Positions 17,105 to 25,142 of a DNA stretch of 28,966 nt are shown one piece after another (position 1 is the first letter of the stretch; every line of letters begins with the position of its first letter). The translations under genes and the position numbers were made by a program. This stretch comes from Oligoflexales bacterium. GTDB lineage: Bacteria; Bdellovibrionota_B; Oligoflexia; Oligoflexales; RGVZ01. The notes beneath the pieces are model-generated. The model was not told where the DNA came from. It made no database searches and saw only the letters and a list, made by a program, of their open reading frames with translations. The stretch spans positions 1 through 28,966 of the forward strand of contig JBIIGV010000026.1 of assembly GCA_044236265.1 (NCBI GenBank), in the 5' to 3' direction.

Positions 17105-17863
17105 TTACGGCGCCGGGAAAAACAGCTCGACTACTGCTCCACAAGCTTTGCCTTCTATGATCTTATTATTTAATTTGACCCACCCACCGTGAGCTCGAAC
17201 ATACTTTTCCACCATGGCAAGCCCAAGTCCGGTACCTGCATCTTTCGTCGTGAAAAAAGGCACCAATCCCTCAAGCAGAGCTTGATCAGAAAATCCAGGG
17301 CCGTTGTCTTCCACCCGCAGGATCATGCCACGCTGTCCGCAGGACTCATCAGTGAACTCGCTCAAACTTATCTCAATGACAGGTTGCACAGCAGTACCGC
17401 ACGCTTCCACACTATTGATACTAAGCGCAGCTAGAATAGACGTGACACGCTCGAAATCTGCGTAAATCGGTAATTGGCTTTGCGTATCAATTATAATTCT
17501 AAAATCGACCGGCACCCGTCTCACAATTGCCTGTTCGAGCGTATTCCACTCACCTTGCAACGTCCAAGCTTTCAGGTCCAAATTCACGTCACGGGTAAAG
17601 CCAGAGAGTTCGGACAAATAATTATCAAACCGACTCAGGCGCTTAATCATCAATTTGACGGCCTCTTCGACTATGGATGGATCCCACGCCTCAGCCGCGC
17701 GAAAAGAGGCCATTTGCTTTTCGATCAAAGTCGCGGCCGCCGAAATTCCTGCCACTGGATTTTTAACTTGATCTGCAATTGCTGAAATCCAAGTCGCCAT
17801 CATGCGAACAGCTTGATCGTGAGCCATTAATTTGGGATCGATTGTGTCTTTGTGATTGAGCAT
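17105..17863 (-). CDS. Sensor-less histidine-kinase-like protein with degenerate H-box
   Basis: HATPase boxes INSVEA, EDNGPGF, PFFTTK, GTGLGLA and HGG are present. The H-box region reads IADQVKNPVAGI instead of IAHE(I/V)KNPLAGI. No TM or sensor domain. Confidence 0.9.
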   Translation of the reverse strand: MLNHKDTIDPKLMAHDQAVRMMATWISAIADQVKNPVAGISAAATLIEKQMASFRAAEAWDPSIVEEAVKLMIKRLSRFDNYLSELSGFTRDVNLDLKAWTLQGEWNTLEQAIVRRVPVDFRIIIDTQSQLPIYADFERVTSILAALSINSVEACGTAVQPVIEISLSEFTDESCGQRGMILRVEDNGPGFSDQALLEGLVPFFTTKDAGTGLGLAMVEKYVRAHGGWVKLNNKIIEGKACGAVVELFFPAP

Positions 17864-17895
17864 GGCGTTCTAAAATTCCTTCAGCGGAACAACGG

Positions 17896-17911
17896 AGCAA
17901 GGACGATGCCA
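17896..17911 (-). promoter_or_regulatory. Sigma-54 (-24/-12) promoter of the kinase-like/NtrC operon
   Basis: Minus strand reads TGGCATCGTCCTTGCT, 33 nt upstream of ATG 17863. Confidence 0.75.
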
Positions 17912-18104
17912 CTTCGTCTGAAAAAAGCTAATCAGCGGCTATCATTACGATTTATTCCATACTGCAAAACAACAGATCGCGCTATTTAACGCAAAATTTG
18001 TAGCATTTGGCTCAGCGCCACACCAGAAAATAAATATAAATCATTATTTTTAGATAGTTATAGATGACTCTGCGCCGTTACTTCTCGCGATTGCGACCGT
18101 CAGA

Positions 18105-18701
18105 TTAACGCACCTTCTTTATTCTTGATAATGCCTCGGGCGTGACACGAAGATATTGGGCCAGATCGCGTTGAGTGATGCGACCGATGATTCCAGATAG
18201 CACCACCATCGCAGACTGCAGGCGACCAGCTGCATCGGGGACCATCAATTGGTGCTCTCGATACTCCCACCATTTGTAGTGCTCCTCTGCGATCAATCGC
18301 CCAAAGCGCTCCCATTTCGCGCCATGCTCGTAGAGCTTCAACATGTGCGCATGTTTAATGCTAACCACGACGCTGTCTTCGAGAGCTTCAATCGTGACGG
18401 AGCTGGGTTGGCCTAACAGCATCGAACCTAGGGGACCGACGTGTTGTCCTTCGCAGGAAAAACTTCGAATCCAGGTCACACCCTCGTCTGTGATAAAAAA
18501 CGCCTTAAAAAGCCCCTGTGCGACAAAGCACAAGTCATGAAAAAATTCTCCGGCTGTACAGAGTCTTTGCCCTTTATCGATGCGCGTGACACGCAAATAT
18601 GGCTCAGCCAACTTAAAATCTTCATCATTCATCTGAACATAGGACTGAGCAAAACGCAGAATCAGATCCTTGTATTTGTGCAGCGGCAATTCGGCGGACA
18701 T
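18105..18701 (-). CDS. Crp/Fnr family transcriptional regulator
   Basis: cNMP-binding fold (KGQRL..AGE...LCFVAQGLFK...F..EG...PS...IEALEDS) and C-terminal HTH ITQRDLAQYLRVTPEALSRIK. Confidence 0.93.
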   Translation of the reverse strand: MSAELPLHKYKDLILRFAQSYVQMNDEDFKLAEPYLRVTRIDKGQRLCTAGEFFHDLCFVAQGLFKAFFITDEGVTWIRSFSCEGQHVGPLGSMLLGQPSSVTIEALEDSVVVSIKHAHMLKLYEHGAKWERFGRLIAEEHYKWWEYREHQLMVPDAAGRLQSAMVVLSGIIGRITQRDLAQYLRVTPEALSRIKKVR

Positions 18702-18755
18702 GAATAATCCAGTTGTTTTGGAGTGTTACAGATGCCTTTTATTTTACAGGAGATG

Positions 18756-18769
18756 TTGATCTGGATCAA
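18756..18769. promoter_or_regulatory. FNR-box-type palindrome
   Basis: TTGATCTGGATCAA is a perfect TTGAT-N4-ATCAA, located between the Crp/Fnr gene and its divergent neighbour. Confidence 0.75.
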
Positions 18770-18928
18770 TGTTCAGACTGAACACATGCAGTACAAACCA
18801 TTTCAGCGGATGGTCAGCAGAAAGCGTCCGAATCTAAAAATGTTCTTCGCCAAAAAACTCCGCTTAAGGGAACATCTACGCTCTTTCGGCGAGATCTTTG
18901 ATCATCAACAAATCTTGAAAGGAAAAAC

Positions 18929-19861
18929 ATGAAAACTAAAAGATCAATGTCTCTAAAAAACATTATGATAGCTGCCCTGGCCGCAACCCAGCTCGGATTA
19001 TCAGCGCAGGCTTCAACCTTTGAAGAAGTCTGGACCGCCACGCAAGAGGGCCGCTATCTATCGCTTCCACAACATCCTGTAACAAATGCGAGTTTTTTCG
19101 CTGCTGGTGTCAACCGATTGAAAAACTCCGTAGACAGAACCTTAAACAATCAGGCGGATGTTCTTCCCTATTTTCAAAAGCTACTTCATCCCATCGGAAT
19201 CTGTTATGCAGGGACTTGGAGCATCACTGAGAAAAATCCATATACGGGTTATTTTGCAGAAGGCAGCGAAGGTCTAATCATTGCTCGCGCCAGTGAAGCA
19301 CTTGGCCAGCCATTCAGAGGCGATTATCGTTCATTTGGCTTGGCGGGAAAAATTTTTCCAACCACCGACAGAAACGACAAGCAATCGTATAAAACTGCTA
19401 ACTTTTTCACCGTGGATGATCTCGGCGGGACGCTTTCTAAATCTTTCTTGGAATTACCTAAACTCAACGAACCCGCGTTGTCATTTCATTTGAATAACCT
19501 TTTGCACTTCTCAATGTTTACGACGGTTTTCAAAACATTCTCAGCAGCTGATAAAAACCCTGCAATTCGTCCAGTCTATCCAATTGCTGAATTGGGGCTA
19601 GATGACCCAAGCTCCGCTGTTGTTCCACACTGGATGATGATTCAGCCCGTAGCAGCTCCGACGTTTTCGAACCCACCCAAAGACTTTCGTAATGAACTTC
19701 GACTGCATCGCTTCCCCGGCAACAAGCTAAAGTTCAATATCTTGGTAGCCGAGAAAGGCTCTCAAAAATGGCTTAGCATAGGCAACATAGAGCTAACTGA
19801 AGACGTTATCTCGGAAGGCTGTGATCATCGATTACACTTTGCTCATCCCAAAAACAGGTAA
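18929..19861 (+). CDS. Secreted hypothetical protein with catalase-like beta-barrel motifs
   Basis: AAAGGA RBS; signal peptide ending SAQA. QKLLHPIGICYAGTW, YTGYFAEG, IARAS and RSFGLAGKIF parallel the catalase-superfamily H..G.C..G, RFS and G.A.K motifs. The CDS is secure; the fold call is tentative. Confidence 0.6.
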   Translation: MKTKRSMSLKNIMIAALAATQLGLSAQASTFEEVWTATQEGRYLSLPQHPVTNASFFAAGVNRLKNSVDRTLNNQADVLPYFQKLLHPIGICYAGTWSITEKNPYTGYFAEGSEGLIIARASEALGQPFRGDYRSFGLAGKIFPTTDRNDKQSYKTANFFTVDDLGGTLSKSFLELPKLNEPALSFHLNNLLHFSMFTTVFKTFSAADKNPAIRPVYPIAELGLDDPSSAVVPHWMMIQPVAAPTFSNPPKDFRNELRLHRFPGNKLKFNILVAEKGSQKWLSIGNIELTEDVISEGCDHRLHFAHPKNR

Positions 19862-19875
19862 TCAGACCTGACGCA

Positions 19876-19912
19876 AAAGCCCCAGCACCTAACTAATGCT
19901 TGGGGCTTTATT
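19876..19912 (+). terminator. Rho-independent terminator (possibly bidirectional)
   Basis: AAAGCCCCAGCA-loop-TGCTTGGGGCTTT followed by ATT, 15 nt after the 19861 stop. A-tract on the 5' side. Confidence 0.75.
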
Positions 19913-20158
19913 CTGCGCGCAAGGACTTGAGAATCCGCAGCAACGTAGACTTACACATCCACTCATCATCCCCGCGAAGTGGTTGCAGGTATTAAAATCT
20001 GGCACAAATCCCCTCCAAACCGGCAAAGTCCACGCCGCCATTACCTCCACGTAACCGCCAAATATTAAATAGGTTTTAGCTAAACCTATGGCCTACAACC
20101 CAAAGTTGCCGTTTCTGTGTTAAGATAAAAAGAAGGCAATAAAATTGGCGAGTTTACA

Positions 20159-20671
20159 ATGAGAACGCTTGTTTTAAACGCAGCTTATGAGCCCATCCAT
20201 CTGGTGACTTGGGAAAAGGCCATGTGTCTTGTCGTCACCGCTAAAGCAGAAATTGTCGCCGAATACGATCAGGTCGTTCGATCTGTTTCGCAGATCTATA
20301 AGTTGCCATCAGTAGTTCGTCTGAAACGATATGTTCGAACATTTCGGCGAACGATGAATTCACGATGCACCCGCCGCAATATCCTCCTTAGAGATCGGTT
20401 TACATGTCAATATTGCGGCTCAAGAATGACTCATCACAACGTGACCATTGATCACGTGAAACCCAAATGCCGCGGTGGAGCTACGGTCTGGGACAATGTT
20501 GTCACGGCCTGTCATCACTGCAACCGTAAAAAGGCCGACATGACGCCCGAAGAGGCTGGACTTAAACTACTGAAGTCACCCCGACGACCGACATGGATTG
20601 ATTTACTAGAGGAAGCCCACCGGGAGCTTATTAATTCATGGTTACCGTTCCTGATCAACAAAGCTGGCTAG
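20159..20671 (+). CDS. HNH endonuclease family protein
   Basis: LVLNA.YEP, LPSVVRL, RRNILLRDRFTCQYCG, TIDHV.P...GG...WDNVVTAC..CN.KK...TPEEA. Confidence 0.93.
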   Translation: MRTLVLNAAYEPIHLVTWEKAMCLVVTAKAEIVAEYDQVVRSVSQIYKLPSVVRLKRYVRTFRRTMNSRCTRRNILLRDRFTCQYCGSRMTHHNVTIDHVKPKCRGGATVWDNVVTACHHCNRKKADMTPEEAGLKLLKSPRRPTWIDLLEEAHRELINSWLPFLINKAG

Positions 20672-21501
20672 GGCGTCCCTGCCGTATTGTTATTGAAAAC
20701 AATCATCTGCTAAAAATCGGCCGATCTGCTGACCATACTTTTAACTGTGGTTCACACTCGTTCAGCGTCATTGACGTCGCTGACGCATCCGCTATTAATC
20801 TTGCACTTGAAGAGATTAGAACTGGCGGGTCAGCTGCAATCGTCCCTCACCACTTGATTGGGCCAGAGGCTATATTCTTTGACATGGATGCCACAGTGAT
20901 CGAAGAGGAGTCCTTGGTTGAGATTGCTAAGGCGTCCGGTAAACAAAAGGAAATTGAAGCCATCACTACGGCGGCCATGGCTGGTGGCATGGATTTTAAG
21001 GAGTCCTTACGAGCTCGTCTCCAACTGCTTAAAGGGATGGATCGTTCCCAAGTTCTCAACGTCAAACCCAGGATATCCCGCGGCATGACTCACCTTGCCA
21101 ACTGGTGCCAGCAGCATCGCATTCCGATGTTTCTCGTAAGTGGCGGGTTTGTTGATCTTGCAGGACCTGTGGCTCAGCAATTAGGCTTTAAAGACTTTCG
21201 AGCTAATCGTTTCGCCTGGATCGGAGACAAGCTCGCTGGAGACGTTGATGGAGAGATTGTGGACGCCGCAGGAAAGCGTGAAGCCGTCAGCCAATGGTGC
21301 AAGATTCACCAACTAAACCCAAAGTCTTGCATCGCCGTTGGCGATGGAGCCAATGATCAGCTTATGATGTCATTCTGTGGACTCGCAGCTGGCTTTTCAC
21401 CAAAGAAGGTATTGTGGGAACATTTACAACTTGCAAATCATACGGGGGACCACCGCTTCCTCGTGGATGCGTTGGTCCCCCTCAAAGATCTCAAAATATA
21501 A
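20638..21501 (+). CDS. serB: Phosphoserine phosphatase (HAD family)
   Basis: FFDMDATVI..E, IT..AM.G..DF..SL..R..LL.G, LVSGGF, AN, K, AVGDGAND. Start uncertain (overlaps the HNH gene by 34 nt). Confidence 0.88.
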   Translation: MVTVPDQQSWLGRPCRIVIENNHLLKIGRSADHTFNCGSHSFSVIDVADASAINLALEEIRTGGSAAIVPHHLIGPEAIFFDMDATVIEEESLVEIAKASGKQKEIEAITTAAMAGGMDFKESLRARLQLLKGMDRSQVLNVKPRISRGMTHLANWCQQHRIPMFLVSGGFVDLAGPVAQQLGFKDFRANRFAWIGDKLAGDVDGEIVDAAGKREAVSQWCKIHQLNPKSCIAVGDGANDQLMMSFCGLAAGFSPKKVLWEHLQLANHTGDHRFLVDALVPLKDLKI

Positions 21502-21506
21502 GCCGA

Positions 21507-22097
21507 TCAAATCTGGAGCGTAAAGCCAGCAAACCAACTTCCATAGTTACCAGTGATATTTAAATCCTGGCCGCTAAATGTTTTCTCAGTATCAAGCCAC
21601 GTCCACTCTGCGACAGCACCAGTTGAAAACCCAAAATTAGGACTGAGCCCCAAGCGTATACCGCTTTCAAACATCAGTTCCGGACGAATGCTGGACTCGT
21701 CAATACCGAGAGACGGAATTTTAACATTGGTGACAACCCATGAAAGCCCTGGCTTGACATAGAAAAAGCCGAAGCTGAGCGGCACATGCTGCCAGTCCCA
21801 CGTAACGCGGCGATAATGTCCTTCCATGTTATCTTTCAACTTATGCTCAGAAAACGTGAAGTCCCAGCCCAAGCCAACCGCACCAACAAACTTTAAATCT
21901 ACCTTAGCACCACCAAAAATTCCGAAACGATACAAATTGCCCGGCATTAAGTAATCTTTCAGCTTTCCCTGTGGATTAGACTTACCAGCCTCAAAGTGTA
22001 CTGACCCGGTTGGCTGTGGCGCCTCTGCTTTCGCTACAGACGCAGAAAAACAGGACGCAAGACAGATAAGAAATGGTCGCAAGAATGAGCGATTCAT
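21507..22097 (-). CDS. Outer-membrane beta-barrel protein
   Basis: GAGGAG RBS favours ATG 22097. Signal peptide ending VAKA, amphipathic strands, terminal strand SWFAGFTLQI. Confidence 0.75.
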   Translation of the reverse strand: MNRSFLRPFLICLASCFSASVAKAEAPQPTGSVHFEAGKSNPQGKLKDYLMPGNLYRFGIFGGAKVDLKFVGAVGLGWDFTFSEHKLKDNMEGHYRRVTWDWQHVPLSFGFFYVKPGLSWVVTNVKIPSLGIDESSIRPELMFESGIRLGLSPNFGFSTGAVAEWTWLDTEKTFSGQDLNITGNYGSWFAGFTLQI

Positions 22098-22250
22098 AGA
22101 GCTCCTCAACAATTGCTTAAATTTATACTATGACCTCGGAAGACTGACTAACAGTTTAGCAAACCACCCCTGCTTCAACAAGATGGCAAATTATTTCTCG
22201 CTCTTGTAGACTAGGACAATACTTATGACGACAAAACAGGAGCTACGTCG

Positions 22251-22994
22251 ATGTTTGAAGCTTTCATGACCAGCGAAGGTTTAATCAGCTTAGCCACGCT
22301 GACCGCATTGGAGATCGTTCTCGGCATTGACAACATCATCTTCATCTCAATTCTTGCTGGAAAACTACCCGCAGAGAAACGGGACATCGCCCGTAAAGCT
22401 GGCCTGATGGGCGCACTTGTTTCGAGGTTAGCACTTCTTTCGGTGATATCCTGGATAGCAGGACTGACGGAACCGTTTGCTACAATTGGCTCCATCCAGA
22501 TTACAGGGAAGTCCGTCATTCTTTTTGTAGGCGGCTTATTTCTGTTGTGGAAGGCCACCAAGGAGATCCATAGCAAGCTCGAGGGCGAAGAACATGAGTC
22601 CGCAGCAAAAGGTCTGGCCCACGCAAGCCTTGCGGCTGTCATTACTCAGATCATGCTTATTGATATTGTTTTTTCGATCGATAGTGTCATCACAGCCGTC
22701 GGCATGAGTCAAAGTCTGGCAATTATGGTTGCCGCTAACGTTATAGCACTTATTGTTATGTTACTTGCCGCCGGAGGAATCTCCAATTTTGTCGATCGTC
22801 ATCCAACCATTAAAATATTAGCTTTAAGCTTCTTATTGATGATCGGTCTTGTGCTCGTAGGCGAAAGTGCCGGAATGCACATTCCGAAGGGTTATGTCTA
22901 CTTTGCCATGGGATTCAGTGTCTTTGTTGAGATGATAAACATCCGGGCTTCACGCAAGGCAAAGCCCGTTCAGTTGCACAACAAACCGCACTGA
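22251..22994 (+). CDS. TerC family integral membrane protein
   Basis: LEIVLGIDN, GGLFLLWKATKEIH, DIVFSIDSVITAVGM, FV.RHPT.K.LAL.FL..IG, IPKGY.YFAM.FS..VE. AGGAG RBS. Confidence 0.95.
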   Translation: MFEAFMTSEGLISLATLTALEIVLGIDNIIFISILAGKLPAEKRDIARKAGLMGALVSRLALLSVISWIAGLTEPFATIGSIQITGKSVILFVGGLFLLWKATKEIHSKLEGEEHESAAKGLAHASLAAVITQIMLIDIVFSIDSVITAVGMSQSLAIMVAANVIALIVMLLAAGGISNFVDRHPTIKILALSFLLMIGLVLVGESAGMHIPKGYVYFAMGFSVFVEMINIRASRKAKPVQLHNKPH

Positions 22995-22996
22995 GA

Positions 22997-23467
22997 TCAT
23001 GGGTAAAGAACAGCTGACCCTCCGGCGACCTTAACTGCATAGTTCCACGGCACGGTTCTGGATGCATCTAAGACGTCTTTTTCACGCAGAAGTTCAATCA
23101 AATCAAAAGATGTCACCAAACCGACCAATTCACCGTCGTCTTCCTCGACGACGGGCACGCAATCAATTTTGTTATCCAACATTAATCCGGCGATATAAGA
23201 GATAGGATCTGCCGAACAGCAAGTTATTGGCTTTTTAGTCATAGTTTCTCGCACACTGCGATCAGCAATTTGTCCATCCCCGGCTATCTGCCCCCCACTC
23301 GTGTGGAGAAGAACATCCCGATCTGACAGAATCCCGACAAGCATGCGATCACGAACAACTGGCAAGTGGCGAATGTCCCATTCTTTCATGATATCGCGCG
23401 CTGTTTCGATGGCATCAGTTTCATGGACACAAATCACATTCCGTGTCATTGCTTGCATGGCTTTCAT
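22997..23467 (-). CDS. CBS domain pair protein
   Basis: MTRNVICV, IRHLPVV...LVGILSDRD, V.ETMTK.PIT, IDCVPVV...LVGLVTSFD. GGAGGA RBS. Confidence 0.93.
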   Translation of the reverse strand: MKAMQAMTRNVICVHETDAIETARDIMKEWDIRHLPVVRDRMLVGILSDRDVLLHTSGGQIAGDGQIADRSVRETMTKKPITCCSADPISYIAGLMLDNKIDCVPVVEEDDGELVGLVTSFDLIELLREKDVLDASRTVPWNYAVKVAGGSAVLYP

Positions 23468-23513
23468 AAGAATCCTCCAAATAAGTACATTTATTTGCTC
23501 CTATACGATCCCA

Positions 23514-23529
23514 AGCGAAAACAATGCCA
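23514..23529 (-). promoter_or_regulatory. Sigma-54 (-24/-12) promoter candidate
   Basis: Minus strand reads TGGCATTGTTTTCGCT, with GG and GC at canonical spacing and one mismatch in TTGC, 47 nt upstream of ATG 23467. Confidence 0.6.
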
Positions 23530-23603
23530 ACTCGATCAGAAAAAAATACTGAGGAATTTCAGCCTCGTACCAAATGCGTCATCACGAATTGACGCAAATG
23601 ACG

Positions 23604-23637
23604 CAAAGGCATTGCGAGAACTCCCGCAATGCCTTTG
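23604..23637 (-). terminator. 13-bp inverted repeat; probable terminator of the Cys-rich gene and/or a protein-binding site
   Basis: CAAAGGCATTGCG-AGAACTCC-CGCAATGCCTTTG, 50 nt after the stop at 23687. The U-tract is weak. Confidence 0.5.
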
Positions 23638-23686
23638 TTAAATCGCACATGATGTTCGAACTACAAATTCCGATAAATAATTAAAT

Positions 23687-24271
23687 CTACTGGTACCGAC
23701 ACTCACGGATCCGGCAGCGTCCATGGTAGCGCATACAATCGCCAAGGGCTGCCTGCTCTGCCTGATAGCGGCCACGTCCAATACCCACATGACCGCGCGG
23801 ATGCTCTTCATAGCCTGCATCAACGGCAATACACATCACGCGATATCCAGCAGGGGGCGGTGGATACTGCCCCCCATCAAAACAGACTCCAGTTCTGTGA
23901 TCAAAATAACAGCCAGCCTGATTACATTGAAACTGATTGTAGTTGAACTGCTGACAATAGTTGGGACGATGATGGGGAGGAGGCAGAGGTTGCGGGCCTG
24001 GCTGTGGGTGCATTTGTCCGTAACAAGCACCTGATCCACCATCAAACAGACAACCAGCCGCAACACAGCGACGGTAGTCATAGTTATAGCGCTGACACAT
24101 CATATTCCGATTTAGAACATCAGCCATCGGCTCAATCTGATCATCGAGCTCTAGCTGCTCGACAACACTTTCAACCTGGTCTGTGGTTTCGCTGAACGCC
24201 GGAGCCGTAAATCCGGCAAAAAGCAACAAAGACAGAGCATGGACAAGGAGCCTGCAAGACATCGTTTTCAT
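23687..24271 (-). CDS. Secreted Cys-rich repeat protein with DUF4189-like C-terminal module
   Basis: AAAGGAGG RBS favours ATG 24271. Signal peptide ending PAFS, two 27-aa four-Cys repeats, Pro-rich linkers, and a C-terminal C.A.D...G.G....AEQAALGDC....GRCRIREC. Confidence 0.8.
   Translation of the reverse strand: MKTMSCRLLVHALSLLLFAGFTAPAFSETTDQVESVVEQLELDDQIEPMADVLNRNMMCQRYNYDYRRCVAAGCLFDGGSGACYGQMHPQPGPQPLPPPHHRPNYCQQFNYNQFQCNQAGCYFDHRTGVCFDGGQYPPPPAGYRVMCIAVDAGYEEHPRGHVGIGRGRYQAEQAALGDCMRYHGRCRIRECRYQ
23876..24097 (-). repeat. Two 27-aa Cys-patterned protein repeats
   Basis: 24097-24017 CQRYNYDYRRCVAAGCLFDGGSGACYG and 23956-23876 CQQFNYNQFQCNQAGCYFDHRTGVCFD share C-x9-C-x4-C-x8-C. Confidence 0.85.
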
Positions 24272-24398
24272 AAATCCTCCTTTAAAAAAGAAAGCACCCT
24301 CACAGCACACCATGGCTGCGAACGCAAAACAATTCAAGACCGTCAATTTGACCATTGCGAGATCAAATGCGACAAAATGGCAGCAATCAGACTAGTGA

Positions 24399-25142
24399 TT
24401 ATTTGAGAAGTGATAAAAACCCGTGCCAAGCTGCGAGCTCATGCTCATCAAGCTGCGCACGACTTAAAGTTTGAGACAGCAAACGGCTCAGACGCTCAGC
24501 GTTGGCAAGCTTCCCTGCCGACTGCAAGCGTTTTAAATTTGCTTCTAAGGATCCGAATAAGGAAAGTAACTCAGTGGCGTCCACCACACTTGCTGGCGCA
24601 GGCTCTGATGTCACAGCCTTTAGGCGATCATATGTATGCGACAAAACAACGGCGACCGCATGACTGAGGTTAAGGCTTGGCATCATGGGTGAAACGTCCA
24701 GGGTCAGCACATCTGTGCATTGTTTGATTTCGGCATCCGATAGCCCGTCTTCTTCTGGGCCAAACACCAATAATACCTGACCCGATTGAAGTTTTTGAGG
24801 GATCTCACTCAAACTGACACTTGGCTTACGTAGTTGACCCGTGCGCCGCGTAAGCGCGATCACAGACGAGTAGCCAGCAGAGCAGTCCGCCAATGATTTG
24901 ACCGTATTCATCGTAGCTAGAGTCAGCGCCGAGGGACCTGTCGCATACTGCCTTGCTTCGACGCTGTTGATATCGCAGCGAGGGGACACCAATGTGCCAC
25001 GGCGCACGCCGAAATTAGTCATCACGCGAGCCGCAGCACCGACATTTCCGGGATAGGCTGTTCTTACAAGCGCGACAGATAAACGACCTAAGAGGGCATT
25101 CCGGTCAAGGAGATTATCAGATGTATCGCCCTCACCCATCAT
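24399..25142 (-). CDS. SPOUT RNA methyltransferase, TrmJ/LasT family
   Basis: [45 protein letters not shown] overlap with the metG stop. Confidence 0.9.
   Translation of the reverse strand: MMGEGDTSDNLLDRNALLGRLSVALVRTAYPGNVGAAARVMTNFGVRRGTLVSPRCDINSVEARQYATGPSALTLATMNTVKSLADCSAGYSSVIALTRRTGQLRKPSVSLSEIPQKLQSGQVLLVFGPEEDGLSDAEIKQCTDVLTLDVSPMMPSLNLSHAVAVVLSHTYDRLKAVTSEPAPASVVDATELLSLFGSLEANLKRLQSAGKLANAERLSRLLSQTLSRAQLDEHELAAWHGFLSLLK

Noticed and set aside
18897..18908. TTGAT-C-ATCAA as a second FNR box
   Set aside because: Half-site spacing is 1 nt rather than 4.
20000..20016. TGGCAC as a fourth sigma-54 promoter
   Set aside because: The -12 element is absent (CCCT where TTGC is needed).
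20159..20671. HNH gene as a homing endonuclease, restriction or defence system
   Set aside because: It matches the widespread stand-alone LVLNA.YEP-type HNH family. No methylase, intron, repeats or other defence genes nearby.
22113..22250. yybP-ykoY (Mn) riboswitch expected upstream of terC
   Set aside because: I could not find the GGGGAGUA / CGUCA / GAGACC core elements. An Rfam scan would be decisive.
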